Assembly: GCA_017610175.1 (NCBI GenBank)
Contig: JAFCCO010000006.1
Location: 2,778 to 66,777, forward strand
Direction of reading: 5' to 3'
Source: Candidatus Iainarchaeum sp.
Lineage (GTDB): Archaea; Iainarchaeota; Iainarchaeia; Iainarchaeales; GCA-2688035
Length of the DNA stretch: 64,000 nucleotides
In this document: piece after piece, positions 25,620 through 35,491 of the stretch
Layout of the letters: every line of letters begins with the position of its first letter
Numbering within the stretch: position 1 is the stretch's first letter
Made by a program: the position numbers and the translations under genes
The notes under the pieces: model-generated
The model's database searches: none
What the model was told of the DNA's origin: nothing
Seen by the model: only the letters and a program-made list of their open reading frames with translations

Positions 25620-26241
25620 ACCGGCCCGTTAGCTCCCCGTTTCTGAAATCCTTTAGCCAGATTAAAGGCATTCCAATAAGTGATTCCACCGCAAGTCTCA
25701 CTATGTCACCCCAGTCAAGCTCGTTCTGTGTTTTTTTTGCTTGAAACTGCGATTTCACAATTTTTGTAAATTTTGGGTGCCCGCGCCTTGGCTTTTTGCA
25801 GGTACGCAGCACACAGCCCCCGATATCCTTTGCTATTCTAACATATCCCTTGTCAACTCCGTTTTGCGACTCAAGGATTTTAATCACTTTCCTAAACGGG
25901 AGCCAGTCATAGTAGAATTTGACGTGAAAGCTTTCCTTGCCCGATTTGTAGATGTATGCGCTGCCAAGTTTCCAGTTCTTCTGCATTTCCCTTGTTTCCT
26001 GCTCAACCTTTTTCAAAGTAGTCCAGTCAAAGTCCGCAAAAAGCGGGTGCAATCCATTTGCCCCCTTAATCGCCGTAAACAGCCCGCCTGTAAAAGCACG
26101 TTCGGTTTGCGGCCTGCACTGGTGTTCCCTTGCCCAGTAGAATTTAATTGGCAGAATGAAATCAGCCGTCAGATCTATTTTTGGAAGCTTTCCCATTTGC
26201 TCGAGTCCTCTGCTTCCCCCGGCTGTATAGCTTATGCCCAA
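25612..26241 (-). CDS. Hypothetical protein with AEP (PrimPol-like) motif pattern
   Basis: LFADFDW (hhxDhD), then KSGKESFHVKFY (sGxxxhHh) about 30 residues later, then VDKGYVRIAKD…LRTCKKPRRGH. See findings. Confidence 0.4.
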   Translation of the reverse strand: MGISYTAGGSRGLEQMGKLPKIDLTADFILPIKFYWAREHQCRPQTERAFTGGLFTAIKGANGLHPLFADFDWTTLKKVEQETREMQKNWKLGSAYIYKSGKESFHVKFYYDWLPFRKVIKILESQNGVDKGYVRIAKDIGGCVLRTCKKPRRGHPKFTKIVKSQFQAKKTQNELDWGDIVRLAVESLIGMPLIWLKDFRNGELTGRFK

Positions 26242-26264
26242 ACTAATATTTAAGTTAGTAAGGA

Positions 26265-27164
26265 TTACTCAAGGCCCTGAATTGCTTTTTCAATCTGAAC
26301 GGCGCTTTCCTGTGTAACATCCACAAGCGGCAGGCGCGGGACACCGGCTTTTATGCCCATCTTGCGCAGTGCATAGTGGCAGGGGCAGGGGTTTGTTTCG
26401 ATGAACAGTGCCTTGAAAACAGGCTTTAGCTTTTCCTCAATTGCCATCGCCTCATCAAACTTGCCTTCGAGCGCAAGGTGGATATATTCTGAGGTCATTT
26501 TTGGCGCCACATTTGCGGCAACGCTTATGCATCCTGTTCCGCCTGACTTGATTATTTCAAGCGTCAGCCCGTCATCACCTGAGATTACATCAAATTCGTA
26601 ATCCTTTGTAAGCTCTATTGCCTTTCTAATCTGCTCGATGTTTCCCGAGGCTTCCTTTACTGCGATTATGTTTGAGAATTCCTTTGCAAGCCTTTCAACC
26701 GTTTCGGGCTCAATGTTTCTTCCCGTTCTTCCCGGAACGTTGTAAACTATTATGTTTTCACTGAGCGCGTTTGCAAGTGCCGCGTAGTGCTGGTAAAGCC
26801 CTTCCTGAGTCGGCTTGTTTTGGTACGGGGAAATCTGCAAATGGGTCTTTACCCCGATTTCCTCCATTTTCTTTGCAAGGGAAATCGCCTCCCTTGTGCA
26901 GTTGCTTCCGTCGCCCGCAATTACACTTACCTTGTCCTTAACGTGCTCCATTGCAAAGCCAACCATCTTTACCTGTTCTTCTCTCGTTAATGATGCCGCG
27001 TGCCCTGTGCAGCCCGCCGGCAAAACCCCTGTAACCCCGCCCTTTACAACGTGGTCAAGAAGCTGTTCAAATCCCCCGAAATCTATTTCGTGGTTAAGCC
27101 TGTTTCCGTCTTCCTTCATTGGTGTGATTAATGCGGGAAAGCATCCCGAAAGTTTTCTAGCCAT
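26265..27164 (-). CDS. dapA: 4-hydroxy-tetrahydrodipicolinate synthase
   Basis: FPALITPM…GVLPAGCTGHAASLT…YNVPGRTG…IIAVKEASGN (catalytic Lys). Confidence 0.95.
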   Translation of the reverse strand: MARKLSGCFPALITPMKEDGNRLNHEIDFGGFEQLLDHVVKGGVTGVLPAGCTGHAASLTREEQVKMVGFAMEHVKDKVSVIAGDGSNCTREAISLAKKMEEIGVKTHLQISPYQNKPTQEGLYQHYAALANALSENIIVYNVPGRTGRNIEPETVERLAKEFSNIIAVKEASGNIEQIRKAIELTKDYEFDVISGDDGLTLEIIKSGGTGCISVAANVAPKMTSEYIHLALEGKFDEAMAIEEKLKPVFKALFIETNPCPCHYALRKMGIKAGVPRLPLVDVTQESAVQIEKAIQGLE

Positions 27165-27917
27165 TCATTTCCCTCCAATTATTTCATCCATCAGGTCGTC
27201 AATTGTGAAAAAACCCTTTTTTCCGTTAACAAATTCCGCTGCCTTAAGTGCGCCAAGCGCAAAGCCTTTTCTGCTTCTTGCGGTGTGCTTCAATTCAATT
27301 GTGTCCGCTTCCGAATCAAACATCACGCAGTGTGTTCCCGGAATTTCACCGCCCCTCACCGAAGCAAAATGAAGCTCATTTTCCCCAATCTTGCGCCCAA
27401 GCTTCTCTTCCTGAATTTTTTCCTTGCGTTTGAGGTTTTCGAGCAGAATTTTCCCAATGCTTTTTGCGGTGCCGCTTGGTGAATCCTTTTTCCTGTGGTG
27501 GTGCAGTTCAAACGCAAGCGCGTCATATTCCGGAATTCCGTCCATTAGCTTTGCAGTGCTTTCAACAATCCTGAAAAAAGCGTTTACACCAACCGAAAAG
27601 TTGCTTGCGTAAATCAATCCAATCCCGCAGTCCTCAACCTTTTTCTTCACCTTTTCAGCCGAGTCATACCAGCCGGTTGTTCCAACAACCGCATTTTTCC
27701 CAAGCGAACAGTATTTGTCAATGTTTTCGAGCGCAACGGCCGGCGCTGTAAAATCAATGCATACATCAATTCCCTTTACACTCTCTTCATTGATTTCCTT
27801 GTGTGTTGCGCCCTCGGCAACAGGGTCAATTATGGAGGCAACGCTTAAATCAGTGCCTTTGGACAGTTCCAAAAGAATCTGGCCCATTCCCCCAAATCCA
27901 ACTATAGCAATTTGCAT
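27165..27917 (-). CDS. dapB: 4-hydroxy-tetrahydrodipicolinate reductase
   Basis: MQIAIVGFGGMGQ Rossmann N-terminus, and ELHHHRKKDSPSGTA (dapB signature E-x-HH-x-K-x-D-APSGTA-like). Start moved to ATG 27917. Confidence 0.9.
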   Translation of the reverse strand: MQIAIVGFGGMGQILLELSKGTDLSVASIIDPVAEGATHKEINEESVKGIDVCIDFTAPAVALENIDKYCSLGKNAVVGTTGWYDSAEKVKKKVEDCGIGLIYASNFSVGVNAFFRIVESTAKLMDGIPEYDALAFELHHHRKKDSPSGTAKSIGKILLENLKRKEKIQEEKLGRKIGENELHFASVRGGEIPGTHCVMFDSEADTIELKHTARSRKGFALGALKAAEFVNGKKGFFTIDDLMDEIIGGK

Positions 27918-28023
27918 GTAAATCAAATTATTTTGGGTCGAAAACCTATAAAAAAACTGTTTTTTTGAGCGAAATTCGCACAAGGGGGATTTGTTCTTAA
28001 TTGTTTTCCACAGGCTTTATTTT

Positions 28024-29223
28024 ATGCCATTCAGTGTGGAAGTTAATGAAAATTTGAGGGGAATTCTTTCACAGCCTTACGCTTTTGATGTTGTTGATTC
28101 AAACAAGAAAAAGGCAATTGAAAAGTTTGGATCTGACTTTATAATTGACTTTGGAATCGGGGACCCAACAGACCCGACCCCTGAAATTGTCCGGGAAAGA
28201 TGCAAGGCAGCAGTTGACGAAAGAAAATCAAGCGGTTACCCTGCATCTGTTGGGCACGCGCAATTCAAGGAAGCGGTTTCGTCATACCTGAAAAGCCGCT
28301 TTAACGTTTCCGTTTCAGAAAACGAAGTTGTTTCAACTTACGGCGCCAAATATGCATGCTTTCACATTCCTCTTTATTTTTTAACCCCCAATAAGGGACA
28401 GACTGCGCTTATTCCAAACCCAGGCTATCCCCCCTACTCTGAGGGAACACTTTTGGCGGGGGGAAAACCGCATTACCTGAACATTCTTGAGGAAAACAAT
28501 TTCGAGCCGGATTTTGCTTCGCTTGAAGCAAAGACTGTTAAAGATTCAAAAATTCTTTTCCTGAACAGCCCGCACAGCCCGACAGGCAGGGTTTACGGGC
28601 GGGAAAAACTAAAGGAAGCGGTTGACTTCTGCGCAGACAACAATATTCTGCTTGTAAGTGATGAATGCTATTCGGAACTTTACTTTGACCAACCTCCAAA
28701 AAGCATTCTTGAGATTAAAGGGAGCGAGGAATGCAGCATTGTTTTAAATTCCCTCTCCAAAAGAAGCATGATGACAGGTTACGCTGTAGGCTTTGCCGCA
28801 AGCAAGAACCCCGGGCTCTTAAAGCCGTTTGAGTCAATGACCCGAAAGAGCGTGCAGGGAATTGCTTCATTCATTCAGGATGCTGCGGTAACGGCTTGGA
28901 ATGACTTTGGGCACACTGAAAAGATGCGCGCCGTTTACAAAAAACGCCTTGAGGCACTTCTTCCCGGCCTGGAGCAAATTGGCTGCAAGCCGATTAAGCC
29001 ACAGGGGACATTTTTCATGTGGGCGCACGTTCCGGATGGCTTTTCACCAATCTCATTTTCGGAAAAGCTTTTGCTTGAATACGGCATAAATTGCGTGCCC
29101 GGGAATTTAATAAGCCGCGAGTTCAACAAAGTCAATCCGGGAGACGGCTTTGCCAGATTTGCGCTTGTTGCGCCGCTTGAAAAAACCGAGGAAGCAGTAA
29201 AGAGGTTGCGGGAATGGAAATAG
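28024..29223 (+). CDS. dapL: Class I/II PLP aminotransferase, probable LL-diaminopimelate aminotransferase
   Basis: NPGYPPY, NSPHSPTG, SLSKRSMMTGYAVGF (PLP Lys). The DapL role is inferred from its position directly upstream of dapF-lysA and from the absence of dapD/dapE-type genes in the cluster. Confidence 0.6.
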   Translation: MPFSVEVNENLRGILSQPYAFDVVDSNKKKAIEKFGSDFIIDFGIGDPTDPTPEIVRERCKAAVDERKSSGYPASVGHAQFKEAVSSYLKSRFNVSVSENEVVSTYGAKYACFHIPLYFLTPNKGQTALIPNPGYPPYSEGTLLAGGKPHYLNILEENNFEPDFASLEAKTVKDSKILFLNSPHSPTGRVYGREKLKEAVDFCADNNILLVSDECYSELYFDQPPKSILEIKGSEECSIVLNSLSKRSMMTGYAVGFAASKNPGLLKPFESMTRKSVQGIASFIQDAAVTAWNDFGHTEKMRAVYKKRLEALLPGLEQIGCKPIKPQGTFFMWAHVPDGFSPISFSEKLLLEYGINCVPGNLISREFNKVNPGDGFARFALVAPLEKTEEAVKRLREWK

Positions 29224-30035
29224 CCTTTTCAAAAATTCATGGACTTGGAAACGATTTTTTAGTAATCAACGAGCTTGAAAGAGAAGTTGTAAAAAACAAG
29301 GCTGATTTTGCCAAAAAATTCTGCTCAAGGCACACGTCGGTTGGGGCGGACGGAATTTTGTTTCTCTGCAAAAGCGACAAAACCGATTTTAAAATGCGGA
29401 TTTTCAATTCAGACGGAAGTGAGGCAGAAAACTGCGTCAACGGCCTAAGGTGTGTTGCACTGCAAAAATACATTTTTGACGGGAAGCAAAATGAGTCTTA
29501 CAGCATTGAGGCGCTTGCCGGAATGGTTAACGCAAAAATTTCCTCCTTTGAAAACGGCCTTGCGGTTGTTGAAATAGAGTTCCTTGGAAAAAGGGAATTT
29601 AAGGGAAAGGATTCAATTGATGTATCGGGAAAAAAATTTGATTATTTCTTTGTTGATGTGGGAAATCCGCATGCGGTAATTTTTACTGGCGAAAAGGTTG
29701 GCTCATTCCCTGTTGAGGAAGTGGGGCACAAAATTGAGTACAGTGAAAAGTTTGCGTCTGCGCGCACAAACACGGAATTTGTAAACATTGTTTCAAAAGC
29801 AGAGGTAAACATGAGGGTTCACGAGAGGGGGGCGTGCGAAACAATGGCCTGCGGCTCAGGGAGCATTGCAATAGTTATTGCGGGAACCGAAGCAGGACTT
29901 CTTGAAAAGGACTCCTGGGTTAAGGTAAACCAGCCCGGCGGTACAATTGAGGTAAGGGTGGAGAGCGAAAGAATTTTGCTCAAAGCAAATGCAGAAAAAG
30001 TTTTTGAAGGAAAAGTTGAATGGGGTGATTTTTAG
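29214..30035 (+). CDS. dapF: Diaminopimelate epimerase
   Basis: FSKIHGLGNDFLVI…FNSDGSEAENCVNG…ERGACETMACGSG (two catalytic Cys). Confidence 0.9.
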   Translation: MEIAFSKIHGLGNDFLVINELEREVVKNKADFAKKFCSRHTSVGADGILFLCKSDKTDFKMRIFNSDGSEAENCVNGLRCVALQKYIFDGKQNESYSIEALAGMVNAKISSFENGLAVVEIEFLGKREFKGKDSIDVSGKKFDYFFVDVGNPHAVIFTGEKVGSFPVEEVGHKIEYSEKFASARTNTEFVNIVSKAEVNMRVHERGACETMACGSGSIAIVIAGTEAGLLEKDSWVKVNQPGGTIEVRVESERILLKANAEKVFEGKVEWGDF

Positions 30036-31319
30036 ATGTGGTGGGAAATTCCAGGACACATAGATGTTAGAAACAATTCGCTTTTTATTGCGGGAATTGA
30101 GGCAAGCGGGCTTGCGGAAAAATACGGCGCTCCGCTTTACGTTTACAACGGAAATCGGATTTTGGACAACCTTTCAAGAATTAAGGCAGCGTTTGATTCC
30201 GCAAAGCTCAAGCCAAGAATCCACTATGCATTGAAGGCAAATTCACACATTGCCATTCTGCAGCTTCTTGCAGACCAAAACATTTGGATTGATGCGGTTT
30301 CGGTCGATGAAGTCAGACTTGCAATCAAAGCCGGCTTTCCCCAGGAGAAAATTCTTTTTACAGGCACAAGCGTAAGCAACGCTGAAATTGAGCAGCTTAT
30401 TAAACTAAATGTCCGCGTGAACATAGACAGTTTTTCCCAGATGAGGCGCATGCGTGCCCTTGGCTTTAAGGGCGAGGCAAGCATTAGGTGGAATCCGGGT
30501 GAAGGGGCAGGGCATCACGAACACACGATTACCGCTGGAAAGTACATAAAGTTTGGGATTCCGGAGCACCGCATTGAGGAAGCTTTCAGAATGGCGAAAG
30601 CGATTGGAATAAACGTTGTTGGATTGCACCAGCACATTGGTTCAGGCTGGCTTGGGAAAGATGTGAATGTTTTTCTTGAAACCGTTTCAAAAACAATTGC
30701 GGTTGCGGAAAAGGCTGAAGAGCTTCTTGGGAAAAAACTTGAGTTTGTTGATTTTGGGGGCGGGCCCGGAATTCCGTACTCAAACGGACAGCTTTCTTTT
30801 CCGCTTGAAAAGTACGCAAAGGGAATTGCTGACAAAATGAATGCAAGCTCGCTTGACGTTGATGTTGCAATTGAGCCGGGACGCTACATTGTGGGGGATT
30901 CGGGAATTTTCCTTGTTGAAATAAATACTGTTGAGGAAAAGAACATTCAGGTAATTGGGGTGAACTCAGGGTTCACCCATCTGGTGAGGCCTGCATTTTA
31001 CGGCTCATACCATGAGATTGTTCTCTGCAACAACATTGGCGGGAGAAAAACCGACAAGTTTATGGTTGCGGGAAACCTCTGTGAAAGCAGCGATGTTTTT
31101 ACAGAAGGGAAAAAGGAATTGCGCGAGCTTCCGGTCCCTAACGAGGGGGATTTTCTTGCAATGCTTAATGCAGGAGCCTACGGCTATTCAATGGCAAGCA
31201 ATTACAACAGCAGGCTTAAGCCTGCGTGTGTGCTGTTGCTGAATGGTAAAGAGCAGGTTATTGCAGAGCGGGATTCGTTCGAGGACTTGCTTGACAAGGA
31301 GAAGGCGCTTCAGATATAG
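30036..31319 (+). CDS. lysA: Diaminopimelate decarboxylase
   Basis: YALKANSH (PLP Lys), HQHIGSG, DFGGGPGIPY, EPGRYIVG, CESSD. Confidence 0.95.
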   Translation: MWWEIPGHIDVRNNSLFIAGIEASGLAEKYGAPLYVYNGNRILDNLSRIKAAFDSAKLKPRIHYALKANSHIAILQLLADQNIWIDAVSVDEVRLAIKAGFPQEKILFTGTSVSNAEIEQLIKLNVRVNIDSFSQMRRMRALGFKGEASIRWNPGEGAGHHEHTITAGKYIKFGIPEHRIEEAFRMAKAIGINVVGLHQHIGSGWLGKDVNVFLETVSKTIAVAEKAEELLGKKLEFVDFGGGPGIPYSNGQLSFPLEKYAKGIADKMNASSLDVDVAIEPGRYIVGDSGIFLVEINTVEEKNIQVIGVNSGFTHLVRPAFYGSYHEIVLCNNIGGRKTDKFMVAGNLCESSDVFTEGKKELRELPVPNEGDFLAMLNAGAYGYSMASNYNSRLKPACVLLLNGKEQVIAERDSFEDLLDKEKALQI

Positions 31320-32456
31320 CTACTTCTTCTTTTTCCTTTTAATTTTTGCAGCAGTTTTTTTCTTGAAGTGCTTTTTTACTGCGTCGTGCTTTTCTTTTGT
31401 CTTCAAAAGCAGGGTGAGCTTCTTTACCTTTTCCTCAAGCTCTTTTTCTTTCTCGTGCTTGTCTTCGGACATCTTTCTAAAGTGGGCTGCAAGCTCTTCC
31501 TTTTCCTTAAGCCTTTTCTTGAGCTCGTCAAGCTCTTTTCTGAACTTTGATTCGCCCTCTTTTCTTGCCCTAAGCTTGTTTTCCTGCAGTGAAAGCATTT
31601 CGTTTGTGTACCTGTTCCTCAACTGCAGGGTTTCGTGTTCAACATCCAGGACAACCTTTTTGGCGTAGTCCCGTTCCTTCTTAAGCATTGAAATAAGTTC
31701 CATGCTTTTTTCAACATATGAACTGAATATTTCCTCAAGCGAGTCAAGCCTTTGCCTGAGCTGTGCATAACTGTTTTCAATGTATTCAATCTGGCTTTTG
31801 TGCAGTGAAATTTCCTTCCTCAATTCGGCCGCACTTTCCCCCATCTTCATTGAAAGGCTTCCAAGGTCGTGCTCCAAATCAACGGAGGTTCCCTCCTGCA
31901 CATAGCCAAGGTAACTTTTCTTCCTGATGTTTTCGTACTTTTCCTTTACTTCCTCAATTTCCTTTTCCTTCACCTGCAGCAAGTCAAGCATTTGCTTTGC
32001 GGTGCTCTTGCCTTCAAGCGGGCTGGAGCCCTGTTTTGCGCCAAAGACATTTATTCTCTCGGCGTTGTATCTTGCGCGAAGCAGCAGGGTCTGGATTTTT
32101 TCAGCCAAATCGCTGTAGAGTTCGCCATTTTCCTCCTGCTCAAAAACGTTTGATTCCTTTGCGGTGCTTTTCTTTGTTTTCTCCAGTTTGAGGTTGTTTT
32201 CGAGAACAGGCATAATTGCATCAAATTCTCTTCTCAAGTCGTTAAGGGAGGGGGCTCCCATTTCCGTTCCGCTTTCAAGTTCGGTTGCGGCTTTTTCAAA
32301 ATGCGATTCAAGTTTTTTCAGGTTGGAAATTGTGCTATCCAAAAAACCGACAAACGAAAGCCTTTTCGCATTTCCCCAGTCCTGTGTGGAAATGTCTGAG
32401 TGAAGCTGGTTTATGCCTTCCACAATTTTTGCAGTCTCAACGCGCAAATCCATCAA
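31320..32456 (-). CDS. Long coiled-coil protein with poly-Lys C-terminus, unknown function
   Basis: Heptad-rich, Glu/Lys/Leu-rich sequence over more than 300 aa. The tail is …KKHFKKKTAAKIKRKKKK. Confidence 0.5.
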   Translation of the reverse strand: MMDLRVETAKIVEGINQLHSDISTQDWGNAKRLSFVGFLDSTISNLKKLESHFEKAATELESGTEMGAPSLNDLRREFDAIMPVLENNLKLEKTKKSTAKESNVFEQEENGELYSDLAEKIQTLLLRARYNAERINVFGAKQGSSPLEGKSTAKQMLDLLQVKEKEIEEVKEKYENIRKKSYLGYVQEGTSVDLEHDLGSLSMKMGESAAELRKEISLHKSQIEYIENSYAQLRQRLDSLEEIFSSYVEKSMELISMLKKERDYAKKVVLDVEHETLQLRNRYTNEMLSLQENKLRARKEGESKFRKELDELKKRLKEKEELAAHFRKMSEDKHEKEKELEEKVKKLTLLLKTKEKHDAVKKHFKKKTAAKIKRKKKK

Positions 32457-32552
32457 AACACCTATTTATCTTTCTGATATTAAAGACTGCAACCTTATTT
32501 ATATTCCTTTGGCGGGCAAAGTCTTTTAATTTTCCAGCAGTATATCATACAT

Positions 32553-33533
32553 ATGATTAATGCAGGCAACGGAATTCTAATTGGAGAAAAGCTTGCAATA
32601 GACCCCCGCAGGAAAAGCGCCTGCAGCAACGTAATAATAAGCCACGCCCACGCCGACCACGTAAAACTGAACAAGGAAAGCCAATTCTTCTTTTCAGAGG
32701 GCACAATGGCAATAATTGAGTCAAGGTACTCCAAAGTGGTAAAGCCAAACACAATTGCCTTTGGAAAAAAGCAGGAAATTGGGGGCGTTGGGGTAACTGC
32801 CGTTAACAGCGGGCACATTTTGGGGGGAGTGTCGCTTCACATCGACACTGAAAAAACAATCGGAATAACAACCGATTTCAAAACACAGGACTCGCTAATC
32901 CAGAAGGGCGCAAAGCCAATAGACTGCGACGTGCTTATTATTGAGAGCACTTTTGGGCTTCCGTCATTTACGTTTCCCGACAGGCAGGACGTTTACGAGG
33001 AAATGGGCTCCTGGATAAAGGAAAAGAGCAAGCAAGGCTTTGTTGTGCTTGCGGGTTATGCCCTTGGAAAGGCACAGGAATTAACCGCTGTCTGCAATGA
33101 ATACGCCGGCATTGAGCCTCTTGTGCACGAACGCGTTTTTGACAACAACAGGGTTTATGAAAAAATGGGGACAAAACTGGGCGGTTACATAAAACTTGAC
33201 CACAACTTAAGCGACAGCCCTGTTCTGATAATGCCCCCCTCCCTTGTAAACCACAACATAAAGCAGGTTCTTGAGTACAGCCTTGAAAAAAGGGTTTTTT
33301 CTGCGTTTGCAACAGGCTGGGGTTTCAGAAGCTCTTACGACAAAGTGTTCTCCCTTTCAGACCACGCGGACTTTCCGCAGCTAATGGATTATGTAAAACA
33401 ATGCAATCCAAAGCTTGTGTTAACGGAACACGGCTATGACAACGAGCTTGCAAACTACATTCAGCGAAGGCTTGGAATTCCGGCAAAACCGCTTGACATG
33501 AAGGGGCAAAAGGTATTGAGCGAATTTTTTTAG
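32553..33533 (+). CDS. Short beta-CASP / MBL-fold nuclease
   Basis: SHAHADHV, ESTFG (motif A), LSDHAD (motif B), TEHG (motif C). Confidence 0.75.
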   Translation: MINAGNGILIGEKLAIDPRRKSACSNVIISHAHADHVKLNKESQFFFSEGTMAIIESRYSKVVKPNTIAFGKKQEIGGVGVTAVNSGHILGGVSLHIDTEKTIGITTDFKTQDSLIQKGAKPIDCDVLIIESTFGLPSFTFPDRQDVYEEMGSWIKEKSKQGFVVLAGYALGKAQELTAVCNEYAGIEPLVHERVFDNNRVYEKMGTKLGGYIKLDHNLSDSPVLIMPPSLVNHNIKQVLEYSLEKRVFSAFATGWGFRSSYDKVFSLSDHADFPQLMDYVKQCNPKLVLTEHGYDNELANYIQRRLGIPAKPLDMKGQKVLSEFF

Positions 33534-33638
33534 AAACGGTTGATTAAGCCAGTTTATCCCACCAATTTTCCCGTTTTCGCCTTTGAAAGGTAGATTTATA
33601 ACCGTTTTTTAACCAATTTTGTTCATTCCGGTGATAAA

Positions 33639-35423
33639 ATGAAGAGAACTCATACTTGCGGGCAGCTTAACGAAAAGGATGTTGGCAAAAAGGCCATTTT
33701 GCAGGGCTGGGTCTCAAAGAGGCGAGATCACGGAAACCTTATTTTTATCGATTTAAGGGACAGGTATGGAATAACACAGGTTGTTTTCAACCCCCAAGAA
33801 AGCAAGGAATCCCACGCTGAGGCTGAAAAGCTTGGAAAAGAGTTTGTGGTGCAGATTGAGGGAAAGGTTTCAAAGCGCCCGAAGGGAACTGAAAACAAGG
33901 AAATTCCAACAGGCAAAATTGAATTGAACGCCTCAAGCCTTGAAATATTAAACAAGGCAGAAATTCCCCTTCCAATAGAGCTTGACAAGCACCTTCTGGC
34001 TGGAGAAGACCAGAGGCTTAAGTTCAGGTTCCTTGATTTGCGAAGGCCCGAGCTGCAGAAAAACATTATCCTAAGGCACAGGCTTGTGAAGTCCTTCAGG
34101 GACTACTTTGACAGGCACGATTTTGTTGAAATAGAAACGCCGATTCTTGCAAAGAGCACGCCTGAGGGCGCACGCGATTACCTTGTTCCAAGCAGGGTGC
34201 AGCCGGGAAAATTCTTTGCACTTCCCCAAAGCCCACAGCTCTTCAAGCAAATTCTCATGGTTTCAGGTTTTGACCGGTACATGCAAATCGTAAAATGCTT
34301 CAGGGACGAGGACTTAAGGGCGGACAGGCAGCCTGAATTTACTCAGGTGGACTTGGAAATGTCATTTGTTGAACCGGAGGACATTTTTGAGCTTTTGGAG
34401 GGCGCAATGAAGCAGGTTTTCAAGGACACGCTTAACGTTGCAGTCAAAACACCTTTCCCAAGGCTTTCCTTCGAGGACGCACTGAACACTTACGGTTCCG
34501 ACAAGCCGGACACACGCTTTGAAATGCATTTAACTGATGTTACAAACGAAATGAAGGGCACTGAATTCGGAATTTTCAACAGCACAATTGAATCAGGCGG
34601 GGCAATAAAGGCCCTGAAGGTTGAGAAAGGCGGTGAAAAGCTCAACAAAAAGGACGTTGACAAGTTAACAGAAATTGCAAAGCTCTACAAGGCAAAAGGC
34701 CTTATGAGTGTCTGGGTCAAGGGAAAGGGGATTGAAAGCCAGATAGCAAAATTCCTGCCCGAGAAAACCGTAAAGGCATTGCTTGACAAGACCAAGGCAA
34801 AGGACTCCGATTTAATCCTGCTTGTTGCAGACAAGTGGGAAACGGCATGCAATTCAATCGGCTACGTAAGGCTTGCTGTTGCAGAAAAGCTTGAACTAAT
34901 TGACAAAAACAAGTACAACTTCCTGTGGGTTGTTGACTTCCCGCTGCTTGAGTGGAACGACGACGAGCAAAGGTATACCGCAATGCACCACCCGTTCACT
35001 TCCCCCCTGGACTCAGACCTTGAGTTTTTGGACTCCGCCCCCGAAAAGGCAAAGGCAAAAGCTTACGACATTGTACTAAACGGTTCTGAGATAGGCGGGG
35101 GAAGCATTAGGATTTACAGGGGAGATATTCAGGAAAAAATGTTCAACGCACTTGGAATCGGCAAAGCAGAAGCGGAATCCAAATTTGGATTTTTGCTTTC
35201 CGCATTCAAATACGGTGCGCCGCCACACGGCGGCATTGCGCTTGGGCTTGACAGAATAGCAACAATAATGTGCAACGCAGAAAGCATAAGGGAAGTAATC
35301 GCTTTTCCCAAGAACAAGGCAAGCGTTTCGCTAATGGACAATGCCCCAAGCGAAGTTACTGAAAAGCAGCTCAAGGACCTTTTCCTGAAGCTTGACATTG
35401 AGAAGCTGCCGGAGCAGCCTTAA
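33639..35423 (+). CDS. aspS: Aspartyl-tRNA synthetase, bacterial type (with GAD insertion domain)
   Basis: 594 aa. LQGWVSKRRDHGNLIFIDLRDRYGITQVV, FRDEDLRADRQPEFTQVD, HHPFTSP, GGGSIRI, PPHGGIALGLDR. The insertion of about 130 aa between motifs 2 and 3 is typical of bacterial AspRS. Confidence 0.95.
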   Translation: MKRTHTCGQLNEKDVGKKAILQGWVSKRRDHGNLIFIDLRDRYGITQVVFNPQESKESHAEAEKLGKEFVVQIEGKVSKRPKGTENKEIPTGKIELNASSLEILNKAEIPLPIELDKHLLAGEDQRLKFRFLDLRRPELQKNIILRHRLVKSFRDYFDRHDFVEIETPILAKSTPEGARDYLVPSRVQPGKFFALPQSPQLFKQILMVSGFDRYMQIVKCFRDEDLRADRQPEFTQVDLEMSFVEPEDIFELLEGAMKQVFKDTLNVAVKTPFPRLSFEDALNTYGSDKPDTRFEMHLTDVTNEMKGTEFGIFNSTIESGGAIKALKVEKGGEKLNKKDVDKLTEIAKLYKAKGLMSVWVKGKGIESQIAKFLPEKTVKALLDKTKAKDSDLILLVADKWETACNSIGYVRLAVAEKLELIDKNKYNFLWVVDFPLLEWNDDEQRYTAMHHPFTSPLDSDLEFLDSAPEKAKAKAYDIVLNGSEIGGGSIRIYRGDIQEKMFNALGIGKAEAESKFGFLLSAFKYGAPPHGGIALGLDRIATIMCNAESIREVIAFPKNKASVSLMDNAPSEVTEKQLKDLFLKLDIEKLPEQP

Positions 35424-35491
35424 TTTCTTCTTTAAAAAGAAGCAATACTTTCCTTTAAATTTCTTTTACTCTTTTATATTGTGGGGATTAA

